Below, piece by piece: positions 17,785 through 28,037 of a DNA stretch of 64,000 bases. This stretch comes from Spirosomataceae bacterium. Its GTDB lineage: Bacteria; Bacteroidota; Bacteroidia; Cytophagales; Spirosomataceae. Numbering within the stretch: the first letter of the stretch is position 1; each line of letters opens with the position of its first letter. The notes beneath the pieces are model-generated. The model did not search any database, was not told the DNA's origin, and saw only the letters and a list, made by a program, of their open reading frames with translations. The stretch lies in the NCBI GenBank assembly GCA_041689775.1, contig JBDNFP010000193.1, positions 744 to 64,743 on the forward strand, read 5' to 3'. The position numbers and the translations under genes were made by a program.

Positions 17785-18402
17785 GTGCAAATAGCAGTAA
17801 AAGAAGTAGGAAAGAAATTTATATCGGAATGGATATTCCGAAAGGTTAATCTTGATTTGAAAGCGGGTGAAAGCTACACCTTGGTGGGACCGAACGGTAG
17901 TGGTAAGTCAACTTTACTGCAACTGCTCATGGGTACCGTGCCGCCCACCGAAGGTACTATACAGTACTCGTTGGGCGGAAAAGAGCTGGATATTGATGAA
18001 TGGTACAAGCATATGGTTTTGGCTGCTCCCTACCTTGAATTAATTGAAGAATTCACGCTTCGTGAGTTAGTGGAGTTTCATCAAAAGTTCAAGCCCTTGA
18101 AAAATGGTTTTTCGGCCCCTGATTTTGAAGACTTCGTCCAACTTTCTCACGCCCGGAACAAAGTCATCCGCCATTTTTCATCCGGGATGAAGCAACGGGT
18201 GAAGCTCGGGCTTGCTTTTCTTTCGGACGTAGCCGTGGTACTACTCGATGAGCCTACTTCTAACCTCGACGCCAAAGGTATTCAATGGTATCTTGACCAC
18301 GTAACCGGTATTTCGGCTAATCAACTGATCATATTAGGTTCTAACCAGGAACAAGAATATGAATTTTGTAAAAATATCATATCGGTTTCCTCGTTCAAAT
18401 AA
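17785..18402 (+). CDS. ABC transporter ATP-binding protein.
   Basis: Walker A GPNGSGKST, signature SSGMKQRV and Walker B VVLLDEP. GTG start. Confidence 0.8.
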   Translation: MQIAVKEVGKKFISEWIFRKVNLDLKAGESYTLVGPNGSGKSTLLQLLMGTVPPTEGTIQYSLGGKELDIDEWYKHMVLAAPYLELIEEFTLRELVEFHQKFKPLKNGFSAPDFEDFVQLSHARNKVIRHFSSGMKQRVKLGLAFLSDVAVVLLDEPTSNLDAKGIQWYLDHVTGISANQLIILGSNQEQEYEFCKNIISVSSFK

Positions 18403-18476
18403 CGGAGTGCATTTTTGCTTTTAGTATAGCTAATCTGACTTTTTTTATAATTTGAAAGATATTTTACTTCGTCAGT

Positions 18477-21400
18477 ATGAATCAATTTTTACGACGTCTG
18501 AGTCTGCTCGTTTTGGTGTGGGTAGGGTATGGAGAGGCAGGAGCAGCCGACGGTCTGCGTTTTATACAAAATAAAGGACAGTGGCAACAGGATGTTCTGT
18601 TCCGCGCGGAGTTGCCCGGAGGGTTCCTTTTTTTGAAAAAACAATCGATGGTATACGTGCTGTACGATGCCCGGGAGGTATCGGCCCAGCACGCCAGTAA
18701 GCCTCTGCAAGAAGAAAGTAGCAGGGTAGTTCCACAAGTCATCAAAGCGCACGGAGTAGAGGTGCAGTTTGCCGGAAGTAGCCCCGAAGTAAAGTTATCC
18801 CAGAGTAGTCCCGATGGTAGTTCTTACAACTACTTTATTGGCAATGACTCCAATCGATGGGGTAGCCAGGCCGGTGGGTTTGGGGAGGTGCTTTACAAAG
18901 ATCTTTACCCCGGAATTGATTTCCGGATTTACGCCTACAAGTTTACCATCAAGTATGAGTTTATTGTGCATCCCGGTGCGGATGCCTCCCGTATCCGACT
19001 CAACTACGAAGGAGCGGCGGGCCTACAACTCAACAAATCGGGGCAAGTAGTAATTGAAACTAGCGTGGGACCTTTCAAGGAAGCCAAACCCTACTCTTTC
19101 CAAGAAATAGAGCAACGAACCCGCGAGATTGCCTCCAATTTTGTTCTGAAAGATAATCAGATCGAATTCGCCCTCCCCAACGACTATGACCATACCCAAT
19201 CGCTGACCATTGATCCGGAGCTAATTTTCTCTACCTTTTCCGGGGCGCAGTCAGACAACTGGGGCCACACGGCTACCTACGATAACCAGGGGAATCTCTA
19301 CTCGGGAGGAACGGTCTTCGGGGCTAATTTCCCCGTTTCGATTGGGGCTTTTCAGGTAAATTTTGGCGGTTTTGTTGATACCGCTCTTATGAAATTCAGT
19401 CCCGATGGGGCACGACTACTCTACGCTACCTTCGTAGGAGGAAGCGCCACCGATATTCCCAATAGTTTGGTCACCAACAGCAAAGGTGAGCTGTTTGTGT
19501 ACGGTACCACGGCATCAACCAACTTTGCTACGACGGGCAATGCTTTCCAGACCACGTTTGGTGGTGGGGCCAGTATTACTCCCATTGATGGGCTGGGTTT
19601 GGCCAACGGAAGTGATATTTTTGTACTTCGTATTAGCCCCAATGGGCAGCAATTATTGGGGTCGACGTACCTGGGAGGAAGTGGCAACGATGGGCTAAGC
19701 AGTGTTTCGAACATTCAGATTCGAAACTACGGCGATACCTTCCGTGGGGAAATCGTGTTGGATAAGAACGAAAATGTACTGATTGTTTCTTCAACCAACT
19801 CCACCAATTTTCCCTTAAAGAATGCTTTTCAAACAACCTTGTCTGGAAGACAGGATGCGGTTATTTCCCGGTTTTCTTCTGATTTATCAACGCTCCAATG
19901 GAGTACCTACTTTGGGGGTGGAGATTTTGACGCTGCTTTTTCCATCAAGCCTTCTACCAATGGAGAGGATGTTTATATTACCGGACTAACCAAAAGTAAT
20001 AACCTGCCGATCAAAGGAGGTACTTTCAAAGACCGACTAGGGGGTGCCGAAGATGCTTACGTGGCCCGTTTTAAGAACGATCAGTTTGTGCAGGTGAGCT
20101 ACCTGGGTACCGACGCCGCCGATGGTGCTTACCTTCTCGACCTGGATCCATCCGGCAACGTGCACGTATTTGGGGTAACCCGCGGAGCCTATCCCGTTTC
20201 GCAGGGAGTGTACAGCGACGCCAACAGCGGGCAGTTTATTCATGCCCTGGACCCTACACTATCCCGAACCATTTTCTCTACCGTCATTGGCTCCAAGCGC
20301 GGAGTACCTGACATCTCCCCTACGGCCTTGCTGGTCAATGAGTGCGGTAATATTTACATCGCTGGTTGGGGTGGAACAGTCAATGAACGTACTGCCTACA
20401 ACACCCAAAGTAGTACGAACGGCATGACCGTTACCGACGATGCCATCAGACGTACTACCAACGGAAATAATTTCTACCTCGCGATCCTGGAAGCCGGAGC
20501 CAAGTCCATGCTGTACGCTACTTACTTTGGTAGCGTAAGCCCCGCCAACCCGCTCGAAGACCGCGGTGACCACGTGGACGGAGGTACCAGTCGCTTTGAT
20601 AAAAACGGCGTAGTATATCACGCCACCTGCGCCTGCGGCGGCACGCGCTTTCCCACTAGCCCCACGGCCTGGTCGCGAACTAACAACAGCGATAACTGTA
20701 ACAATGCCGCCTTCAAACTTGATATTGACCGCCTTAGAGCCGATTTTGATGTGTACGATGGAACAGTAAAAGGAGTAGTGCAGGGTTGCGCTCCGTTGAA
20801 TCTAACTTTTGTAAATACCAGTGAAGGTGGGGTCGATTATATTTGGGAGATAGACGGCGGCGGGTTTTCGCGGGAGGCTAACCAAAGCAATTATAACTTC
20901 ACCAAGGCCGGAAACTATACCGTTACCCTGCGAGCATTTAACCGCCTCACCTGCAAGAAAGTCGATATCGCTACGAAACAGATTAAGGTGACGAACCTTA
21001 ATGTCGTGGCGGCCGGAGATACTACCGTTTGCCACGGAGTGCCCGTTCCGCTGCTGGTGCAAGGAGGAAAAGAGCATACCTGGTCCCCCGCCGAGGGACT
21101 GGATAACCCTAAAAGCACGAATCCAATTGCCCGGATTGATAAAACTACCGAGTATAAAGTTGAGGTAAAAGATGAGGCAGGCTGCGTAGTGACCAAAACC
21201 GTAAAGGTTACCGTGGATGATAGCAAACCGGATTTCCTAGCCAGTAAGGATACCACTATTTGTCCCGGACAAACCGTAGTACTCACTAGTGCCGGTTCGG
21301 CGGTAAGCTACATCTGGACCGCCGACCCCAGCCTCAGCGATACCACCGGAACGAGGGTATCAGCAACGCCAACCCAAACGACTACCTACACCGTAAAAGG

Positions 21401-22172
21401 GCAATACGACGATGGTTGTACGCCTACCGAAACGATGACCATCACCGTTGATAACAACAAACCCGACTTTACCGTCAGCCCCGGGCTACTGGTCTGCGCG
21501 GGTCAAAAAGTAGACATGCAGGCATTCGGAAGTGCTGCCCAATTTATCTGGAAGGGAGATAGCTCCCTGAATGCAACGATTGGAACCGTGATAACGGCCT
21601 TCCCCAGCCAAACTACCACCTATACCGTGCAGGCCAAATATGCCGATGGTTGTAAACCCGAAAAGCAGATTATCGTGCAGGTAGACCGGACCTACGAGCC
21701 TCTGTTTGAGATTATCCAGTCGGGAGAGGCCTGTAACGAACCTGTAAAGTATGAGTTTCAGAACCTGACCAAAAATGCGGCCCGCTACGAATGGAATGTA
21801 GGGAATGGAGCTAGGCTTACCAGTAATAATGTAAGCGATAAAGTTTACGATACCCCGGGAGAATACGCTGTTACATTGACCGCCTACAATCAGGCGGGCT
21901 GTGCACTATCGGTATCCCGGTTACTCAGCGCCGCGCCGCCGTTGGTACTTCCTAATGTTATTACCCCCAACGGCGACGGTAAGAATGATACCTTCGTGGT
22001 GCCGGTACAAAACTCCTCGCTACAAATTTATAATCGCTGGGGTAAAGAAGTACTTAACTCCCCTGACTACCAGAACAACTGGGGTAAGGGCGTCGGTAAT
22101 GGTACTTATTTCTATGAAATAGCAACCCGGCGGGGCAATCGCTGCAAAGGGTGGGTACAAGTATTGGAGTAA
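18477..22172 (+). CDS. Large secreted surface protein with beta-propeller-type repeats, PKD/Ig-like repeats and a T9SS type B (gliding-motility-associated) C-terminal sorting domain.
   Basis: Signal peptide, and repeated Y.T..GG...D motifs. Three tandem modules of about 75 aa lie at roughly 21000-21700 (..TTYTV....DGC...). The C-terminus reads VITPNGDGKNDTF...IYNRWGKEV. Confidence 0.8.
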   Translation: MNQFLRRLSLLVLVWVGYGEAGAADGLRFIQNKGQWQQDVLFRAELPGGFLFLKKQSMVYVLYDAREVSAQHASKPLQEESSRVVPQVIKAHGVEVQFAGSSPEVKLSQSSPDGSSYNYFIGNDSNRWGSQAGGFGEVLYKDLYPGIDFRIYAYKFTIKYEFIVHPGADASRIRLNYEGAAGLQLNKSGQVVIETSVGPFKEAKPYSFQEIEQRTREIASNFVLKDNQIEFALPNDYDHTQSLTIDPELIFSTFSGAQSDNWGHTATYDNQGNLYSGGTVFGANFPVSIGAFQVNFGGFVDTALMKFSPDGARLLYATFVGGSATDIPNSLVTNSKGELFVYGTTASTNFATTGNAFQTTFGGGASITPIDGLGLANGSDIFVLRISPNGQQLLGSTYLGGSGNDGLSSVSNIQIRNYGDTFRGEIVLDKNENVLIVSSTNSTNFPLKNAFQTTLSGRQDAVISRFSSDLSTLQWSTYFGGGDFDAAFSIKPSTNGEDVYITGLTKSNNLPIKGGTFKDRLGGAEDAYVARFKNDQFVQVSYLGTDAADGAYLLDLDPSGNVHVFGVTRGAYPVSQGVYSDANSGQFIHALDPTLSRTIFSTVIGSKRGVPDISPTALLVNECGNIYIAGWGGTVNERTAYNTQSSTNGMTVTDDAIRRTTNGNNFYLAILEAGAKSMLYATYFGSVSPANPLEDRGDHVDGGTSRFDKNGVVYHATCACGGTRFPTSPTAWSRTNNSDNCNNAAFKLDIDRLRADFDVYDGTVKGVVQGCAPLNLTFVNTSEGGVDYIWEIDGGGFSREANQSNYNFTKAGNYTVTLRAFNRLTCKKVDIATKQIKVTNLNVVAAGDTTVCHGVPVPLLVQGGKEHTWSPAEGLDNPKSTNPIARIDKTTEYKVEVKDEAGCVVTKTVKVTVDDSKPDFLASKDTTICPGQTVVLTSAGSAVSYIWTADPSLSDTTGTRVSATPTQTTTYTVKGQYDDGCTPTETMTITVDNNKPDFTVSPGLLVCAGQKVDMQAFGSAAQFIWKGDSSLNATIGTVITAFPSQTTTYTVQAKYADGCKPEKQIIVQVDRTYEPLFEIIQSGEACNEPVKYEFQNLTKNAARYEWNVGNGARLTSNNVSDKVYDTPGEYAVTLTAYNQAGCALSVSRLLSAAPPLVLPNVITPNGDGKNDTFVVPVQNSSLQIYNRWGKEVLNSPDYQNNWGKGVGNGTYFYEIATRRGNRCKGWVQVLE

Positions 22173-22177
22173 AAAAT

Positions 22178-22837
22178 CTAAATGGCCAGGTATGCTTTCC
22201 AATCGTCGAGCCTAAGTACCTCGGTTCGGGGATAGGCTTTGCCGTTTTTCAAAAAGTACAGATCATCGCTCATTTCCCATACTTCCTCCCATCGCTGGTC
22301 GGAAATAAGAAACCCTTTGCGAGGTAGTTGTCCCCGGATCAATTCCTTTATTTTTTCGATACTTCTCGGGTCAAGCGCGGCGAATGGCTCATCCATGAAG
22401 GTAAATCTAGAAGCACTCATTACCCCCAAATACACTTCTATCAGTCTTTTTTTACCCGTAGATGATTCATGTAGTTTCTGATTTATGATGGGAGAGCAGT
22501 CGGGAAAATGATGGACAAATTCATCCCAAAGCACCCCATGCAGTTGAAATAACCAATCAACCCGAAAGTGGTTGGGTAAAAATTGGCGTTGCGGTACCAT
22601 GAAAATAAGTCCATGTACCTTATAGGGGCTGGCGCAATACTTTCCATTGAGTCGAACCGATTTACAATCGGCTGTTTGCGCTCCGAAAATAACTTTCAAA
22701 AGGCTGGATTTACCAGAACCATTGCGGCCAAGTAAACCCACAATTCTACCTACTTCGCATTTGAGGTATACGTCACCGAGAATGCGTCGGTTTTCGTAGG
22801 ATAGCTGAATGCTATCGGCTTCCAAGGTGTATCCCAT
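22178..22837 (-). CDS. ABC transporter ATP-binding protein.
   Basis: Walker A GRNGSGKSS, signature-like SSTGKKRL and Walker B FTFMDEP. Confidence 0.75.
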   Translation of the reverse strand: MGYTLEADSIQLSYENRRILGDVYLKCEVGRIVGLLGRNGSGKSSLLKVIFGAQTADCKSVRLNGKYCASPYKVHGLIFMVPQRQFLPNHFRVDWLFQLHGVLWDEFVHHFPDCSPIINQKLHESSTGKKRLIEVYLGVMSASRFTFMDEPFAALDPRSIEKIKELIRGQLPRKGFLISDQRWEEVWEMSDDLYFLKNGKAYPRTEVLRLDDWKAYLAI

Positions 22838-23144
22838 AGACGATCAAAAACCAGACAAAAAGATCAATAATGAGTAGAGTTATGCTCAAAAACCGGACAC
22901 TTAGGCCAAAATTTTGATAGAAAACCATTTCATGCCTGTAATAAACCGTAAGCCAATAGATGTAGCCGATTGAGGTGAGCACTTTATACCAGATTAGTCC
23001 TGCCGCAAAGCCTCCTTCGGTCACCTGAAAATAAAATACCGGGCATCCTACCAAAAAGGTGGTCAAGCCATGCGAACGAACATATCGTACCGTCAACCGC
23101 AACTTCTGTTGCTTCGCTTTCGTTATGCTACCGAGAGAATTCAA
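22812..23144 (-). CDS. Small hydrophobic protein with an uncertain start, overlapping the ABC ATPase start by 26 nt.
   Basis: Has 3 predicted TM stretches. There is no ATG until codon 73, so only TTG/GTG starts are available upstream. Confidence 0.35.
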   Translation of the reverse strand: MNSLGSITKAKQQKLRLTVRYVRSHGLTTFLVGCPVFYFQVTEGGFAAGLIWYKVLTSIGYIYWLTVYYRHEMVFYQNFGLSVRFLSITLLIIDLFVWFLIVYGIHLGSR

Positions 23145-23362
23145 ATGTATTTAAGTAGGGTTGGAGAATTGACTAACTCGCTTATAGCTAACATGATTAA
23201 GTAAATCTATCTAAATCGGACTGAGATCCCTCAAAGTGCTTTTGTATTTAACTTAATTTAACAAATTGCTTTCTCTTAGGTCGGGGCACTCCTGGGAGCT
23301 GTTACTTTTTTACAACTGTATTTATCATTCACCTTTATGTTTCCAAACAAAACTTTAAAACT

Positions 23363-23806
23363 ATGAAAAATCTACTCACCTTGCTTTTCTGCTTGACGTT
23401 AGTATTCCAGGCAAACGCTCAGGATAATTTTGGAAAAAAGATCACCGATAAGTCGACCATCTCGGTCGCCAAATTATCTAACGAAATGGGAACAAAGCCA
23501 AGCATGAGCGCCAAAGTAAGTGCTACCGTAGCAGAAGTATGCCAGGCCAAAGGTTGCTGGATGACCGTGAAGCTTGACAACGGCGAAACCATGCGCGTAA
23601 CTTTTAAGGATTATGGCTTTTTTGTACCGAAGGATATTGCCGGTAAGACGGTAGTTTTCGAAGGCCTTGCCCAAAAGAAGGTAACTCCCGTTTCGGAGCT
23701 TCGTCACTACGCCGAAGACGCCGGTCAGAGTAAGGAAGAAGTTGCCAAAATTACGGATCCTAAGAACGAACTTGCTTTTGTAGCCGAGGGAGTTATTGTA
23801 AAATAA
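23363..23806 (+). CDS. Secreted DUF4920-like protein.
   Basis: Signal peptide, and a CQAKGCWMTVKL motif that I recall as typical of DUF4920. Confidence 0.55.
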   Translation: MKNLLTLLFCLTLVFQANAQDNFGKKITDKSTISVAKLSNEMGTKPSMSAKVSATVAEVCQAKGCWMTVKLDNGETMRVTFKDYGFFVPKDIAGKTVVFEGLAQKKVTPVSELRHYAEDAGQSKEEVAKITDPKNELAFVAEGVIVK

Positions 23807-23829
23807 CTTTCGGTAATGCATTCACAAAC

Positions 23830-23862
23830 AAAGAGCCCGGCTTATCGAAAGCCGGGCTCTTT
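23830..23862. terminator. Bidirectional terminator between convergent genes.
   Basis: Hairpin AAAGAGCCCGGCTT-atcg-AAGCCGGGCTCTTT followed by GTTTT. Confidence 0.7.
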
Positions 23863-23886
23863 GTTTTAGTAGGTTAAGAAACGTAA

Positions 23887-24753
23887 TTAGCCCGCCAAAC
23901 CATTTAGTATTTCTACGTCGTCATCGTGAAGATTGATCTTGGATGCGGCCACGTTTTCTTCCAGGTGTGCCAATGACGAAGTACCCGGTATGGGTAGCAT
24001 CACGGGTGAATGTTGCAACAACCACGCCAGCGCAATCTGATATTCTGAGGCTTCGTAACGTTCTGCTACTTCGCTAAGTTTCTCCTGAGATTTTAGATTA
24101 CCCGCCGAAAGTGGGTACCAAGGTATGAAGCCGACCCCGTTACTCTCGCACCAATTTAAGGTATCTTCCCAGCGGCGCTCGGCCAGATTATACATGTTCT
24201 GAACCGTGGTAATTTTAACAATCTTAGCGGCTTTTTCGAGTTGACTTACGTTTACCTCCGATAGGCCAATGTGGCGAATCAGGCCTTCGTCCTGCGCGTC
24301 TTTCAGTACTCCAAGGCTGTCCTCCATCGGTACTCCCGGATCAAAACGGTGAAGCTGGTATAGGTCAATGCAATCTACTTTCAGTCGTTTGAGGCTACCT
24401 TCCAGGGCTGACCTCAGGTAGGCCGGATCTGCTTTGGGCTTCCACTGATTTGGTCCCGAGCGGGTAAGTCCTCCTTTGGTAGCAATCAATAGCCCTTCCT
24501 GGTAGGGATGTAGTGCCTCGGCGATTAACTCTTCCGAAACATTAGGTCCGTAGCTATCGGCCGTATCAATGAAATTGACCCCCAAACCGAGTAAGGCACG
24601 AAGTACTCTGAGCACCTCTTCCTTGTTCTCGGGAGGTCCCCATATACCACTACCAGTGATGCGCATAGCACCAAACCCGAGCCGATTAATTTCTATATCA
24701 TTTCCAATTCGAAAAGTATCCGAATTGGTTACGTTAATTTCCTTATTCTTCAT
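23887..24753 (-). CDS. Aldo/keto reductase.
   Basis: AKR motifs (LGFGAMR, IDTADSYG, QNMYN). The start is probably the ATG at 24753 (MKNKEI). Confidence 0.8.
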   Translation of the reverse strand: MKNKEINVTNSDTFRIGNDIEINRLGFGAMRITGSGIWGPPENKEEVLRVLRALLGLGVNFIDTADSYGPNVSEELIAEALHPYQEGLLIATKGGLTRSGPNQWKPKADPAYLRSALEGSLKRLKVDCIDLYQLHRFDPGVPMEDSLGVLKDAQDEGLIRHIGLSEVNVSQLEKAAKIVKITTVQNMYNLAERRWEDTLNWCESNGVGFIPWYPLSAGNLKSQEKLSEVAERYEASEYQIALAWLLQHSPVMLPIPGTSSLAHLEENVAASKINLHDDDVEILNGLAG

Positions 24754-25149
24754 AACGTCGGTTTTAAAATTTAAGCAAGGTCCCAAAAACCCAGACTCTG
24801 ACTACCACCTACTAGCAATCTACGTTGCATAGCTCTTTTTCTCATCCGTATGGTCGTTGAGCTTTTTGCTATATACTGATTATATTCTATCCAAAAGCGA
24901 TAGAAAACTAACTTAAACTTACTTTTTCTCTTATTTTCCATGCTTTTAGATATTTATGAGTGATGGTGTTTGAAACTAACGAGTTAAATGATCGTGCCAA
25001 GGTTGGAATAGGAATAGCCTATTTTTAAATATTTTCTCCCAACACCCGGTTTTAGACAATTACAAATACGAATTTCCTTCTAAAATGGTTTAGCTATTCC
25101 GTTTAAACTTCTGTGCTTACCTATTGTTTCTTATTATCTGGGTAAAACG

Positions 25150-26232
25150 CTACCGCCACCACTCGTTGTTGGGGTAATCTTTCCCTATTTCTACAGGTTG
25201 TCCAATTATGGGAGTTACCAAAGGCAGATTCAAGATTTGGGCGTGCTTTACCACACGTTCAATCGGCTCGTACCAGGCATGTAGGGAAAGCGTGAATTTT
25301 GCCCAGTGTACCGGCATGAGCTTTTTCGCTTGTAAATCAAGGGCCGCCTGTGCGGTTTGTTCCGGCATCATGTGGATGTACTTCCAGAATTCATTGTATT
25401 GACCACATTCCAGGATAGCCAGGTCGAAAGGACCGTATGCGGCCCCAATTTCCTTGAAGTGAGAATCGTAGCCGGAATCTCCGCCCACGTATATTTTATG
25501 GGTAGCCGACTGAAACACAAAGGAAGACCAGAGAGTCTGATTGCGCTTGAACCCACGACCAGAAAAGTGCCTCGCAGGTACTGCGGTCAGGCTGATCGAG
25601 TCGGGTAGTTCGGTTTTTTGTCCCCAGTCTAATTCCTGAATCCGGGAAGCCTCAAAGCCCCAGCGTTCGAGGTGCGCCCCTACCCCGAGCGAGGTAACTA
25701 CCTGTCCTACCCGTGGTACCAGCTGCTTGATCGTTTTGTAATCCATATGATCATAATGGTCATGAGTAATAATCAGGATGTCAATTTCCGGCAAGCTATC
25801 TACCCCATACTCATTAGTACCCGCATAGTTTTTTCCAAAAAAAGAAACCGGTGAGGCAGTGCCGCTGAACACCGGGTCAATGAGCAGGGTTTTTCCTCCG
25901 ATCTTGATCAGATAGGACGAATGCCCAAACCACACAACCACGGGGTTTTCCGTGGGGAGTGCATTCAAATTGGTCTTCACTGAGGGCATCAGGTTAGCTG
26001 GCTTCCGGTCTTTCGGAGGATTGATGTATGATTTAAGAATATCCACTGGTGATACTCCCTCGGCCAAGGCTGGAGTATGGTTAAGGTTCTGGAAGGCACC
26101 ATTGGCGTAGTTCGGAGACTCCTGAATACGTTTCAGGCGATTACCTTTCGCCTTTCTACCAAACTGAGGTTGTTGCATAAACAGCCAGATACTGAGGGCA
26201 ACGATGATACTAAGAGCAAGGAAGTAAACCAT
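25150..26232 (-). CDS. MBL-fold metallo-hydrolase (NAPE-PLD-like) with an N-terminal TM anchor.
   Basis: ITHDHYDHMD metal-binding motif. 360 aa. Confidence 0.75.
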   Translation of the reverse strand: MVYFLALSIIVALSIWLFMQQPQFGRKAKGNRLKRIQESPNYANGAFQNLNHTPALAEGVSPVDILKSYINPPKDRKPANLMPSVKTNLNALPTENPVVVWFGHSSYLIKIGGKTLLIDPVFSGTASPVSFFGKNYAGTNEYGVDSLPEIDILIITHDHYDHMDYKTIKQLVPRVGQVVTSLGVGAHLERWGFEASRIQELDWGQKTELPDSISLTAVPARHFSGRGFKRNQTLWSSFVFQSATHKIYVGGDSGYDSHFKEIGAAYGPFDLAILECGQYNEFWKYIHMMPEQTAQAALDLQAKKLMPVHWAKFTLSLHAWYEPIERVVKHAQILNLPLVTPIIGQPVEIGKDYPNNEWWR

Positions 26233-26257
26233 GTAGAATACGTGTTATTTGTGATTG

Positions 26258-26791
26258 TCAGTACTTGGATTTGATAAATTCGAGGGAGCTTTCGATCGAA
26301 GTAGGATCAGAGGTTTTAATCATCATGGTGCCAAATCCTTCCATCAATAGGCTCAGCAACGCCAGCTCTTTCTCAGGTTCATAGTATTTCAATTCGCGGA
26401 ATGAATCTACCCCAATCTTCATTAGCTTCTGGTAGTAGGGGGCATTCTTTTTATGATCTTGCTTATAGCTGCTTTGCCACTTGATGGTAAACTGTAATTG
26501 CCAGAACTCACGCTCCTCCTGATAGAGCGTGTAAGTAAGGTCAATTATCTTCTGAATCCTTTTTCGTGGGTCGATCTCCTCCGCAATAGCCTCAATATGA
26601 GGGTTCATCCGAACTTCGCATAAGTCGAGAACCGCATCCATCAAGCCTTCCTTATTCAAAAAGTGACGAAAAATGAGTCCTTCGGATACCCCGGCCTCCC
26701 GGGCTATTTTGCTCGTTGAAGTCGTATCAAAACCCTCATCCGCAAAGAGACGAAGCGCAGTTTCGAGGATTAATTCTTTCTTTTCGGTCAT
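26258..26791 (-). CDS. TetR/AcrR-family regulator, the last gene of the efflux operon.
   Basis: HTH FDTTSTSKIAREAGVSEGLIFRHF. The real start is the ATG at 26791 (MTEKKE); the track ORF starts at 26917. Confidence 0.8.
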   Translation of the reverse strand: MTEKKELILETALRLFADEGFDTTSTSKIAREAGVSEGLIFRHFLNKEGLMDAVLDLCEVRMNPHIEAIAEEIDPRKRIQKIIDLTYTLYQEEREFWQLQFTIKWQSSYKQDHKKNAPYYQKLMKIGVDSFRELKYYEPEKELALLSLLMEGFGTMMIKTSDPTSIESSLEFIKSKY

Positions 26792-26794
26792 GAT

Positions 26795-26810
26795 AAGTGA
26801 GTGATCACTT
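26795..26810. promoter_or_regulatory. Palindromic candidate operator directly upstream of the TetR start.
   Basis: AAGTGA-gtga-TCACTT, overlapping the perfect 10-mer AGTGATCACT (26800-26809). It lies 4-19 nt from the ATG. Confidence 0.35.
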
Positions 26811-26883
26811 ACACAACTAGGATCGTAGTAGAATAGTTCGAAGAGTAGGTGTCCGAAAGTTAAAACAGCGAGGGAATAGATTC

Positions 26884-28005
26884 TTAATTCACCTTCCGGT
26901 AATTGAGAATAGCCCAAGCGTTGAAAAGAAAAGCGAAACCAACCATGACGATGAAGTGCATCTGAATGTCAGCGAAGCGACTCCCTTTGAGCACGATCAT
27001 CCGCATGACCTGAATGAAATAGGTGACGGGGTTGGAGTAGGCAATGACTTTGGCCCACTCGGGCATACTATCGATTGGGGTAAACAGCCCGCTCATCAAC
27101 AGGAAGATCATCATAAAAAAGAAGGCAACCGACATGGCCTGCTGTTGGGTATCGGCGTAGGTAGAAAGCAATAGCCCAAACCCCAACATAGCCACCAGAA
27201 ACAGCGCCAGATAGGAGTACAGGAGCGGAATACTACCCATGGGAATAATACCGTAGACTAGCCTACCCACCCCGAAAAGTCCGATGGTGAATACCACTAC
27301 GCCGATGACCCAGAACGGAATAAGCTTGCCCAGAATAAAGTGGTGCTTTTTAATGGGTGTTACGTTGATTTGCTCAATGGTACCGATCTCTTTTTCCTTC
27401 ACGATATTGAGCGAGCACATATACGTGCACACCATTGTTACGAGGATAGCCAGAATACCCGGCACCATAAAGAAGCTATAATTCAGGTTGGGGTTGTACC
27501 AATTGGAAGACGCTACCTCAATAACGGGCTGGGGATTGAACCGCTGGGGTTGTATCCATTCGAGACGAATATCGCCGTTAAAATTCGCAATAATCCGGCT
27601 CAGATAAGCGCCTCCCAAATTAGCTTTGGTGCCGTTGATTGCATTGACGGCGATGAAGAGTTGCTGGCTGTTTTCGCGCACCAGATTCTTTTCAAAACCT
27701 TTCGGTATTTCCAGGATCAGATCAGACTTATCGCTCTCAATTTGTTCTAATGCTTTTTTGAACGAATCATCAAAACTTGCCAAACGAAAGTAGCCCGAAG
27801 CCGTAATCCGAGAAACCAGGTTTTGGGAATAGGCCGAGTGGTCGTGGTCGACAATCGAGATATTGATATTTTTGATCTCATAATCAGCCGCCATCGGCAT
27901 TACCAGTAGCTGAATAATGGGCAGCGCAAAAATCATCGGCAGCAATGACTTGTTCCGAAATATTTGCCGAAATTCCTTTCGTAGTAAAAATAGGATAGTT
28001 CTCAT
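26884..28005 (-). CDS. ABC-2 type transporter permease (YbhR/YbhS-like).
   Basis: 373 aa with an N-terminal TM, a large loop and a C-terminal 5-TM block. Confidence 0.8.
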   Translation of the reverse strand: MRTILFLLRKEFRQIFRNKSLLPMIFALPIIQLLVMPMAADYEIKNINISIVDHDHSAYSQNLVSRITASGYFRLASFDDSFKKALEQIESDKSDLILEIPKGFEKNLVRENSQQLFIAVNAINGTKANLGGAYLSRIIANFNGDIRLEWIQPQRFNPQPVIEVASSNWYNPNLNYSFFMVPGILAILVTMVCTYMCSLNIVKEKEIGTIEQINVTPIKKHHFILGKLIPFWVIGVVVFTIGLFGVGRLVYGIIPMGSIPLLYSYLALFLVAMLGFGLLLSTYADTQQQAMSVAFFFMMIFLLMSGLFTPIDSMPEWAKVIAYSNPVTYFIQVMRMIVLKGSRFADIQMHFIVMVGFAFLFNAWAILNYRKVN

Positions 28006-28037
28006 GAGTTGATTTTTTAGGGCTACCTGCTCTTCCT

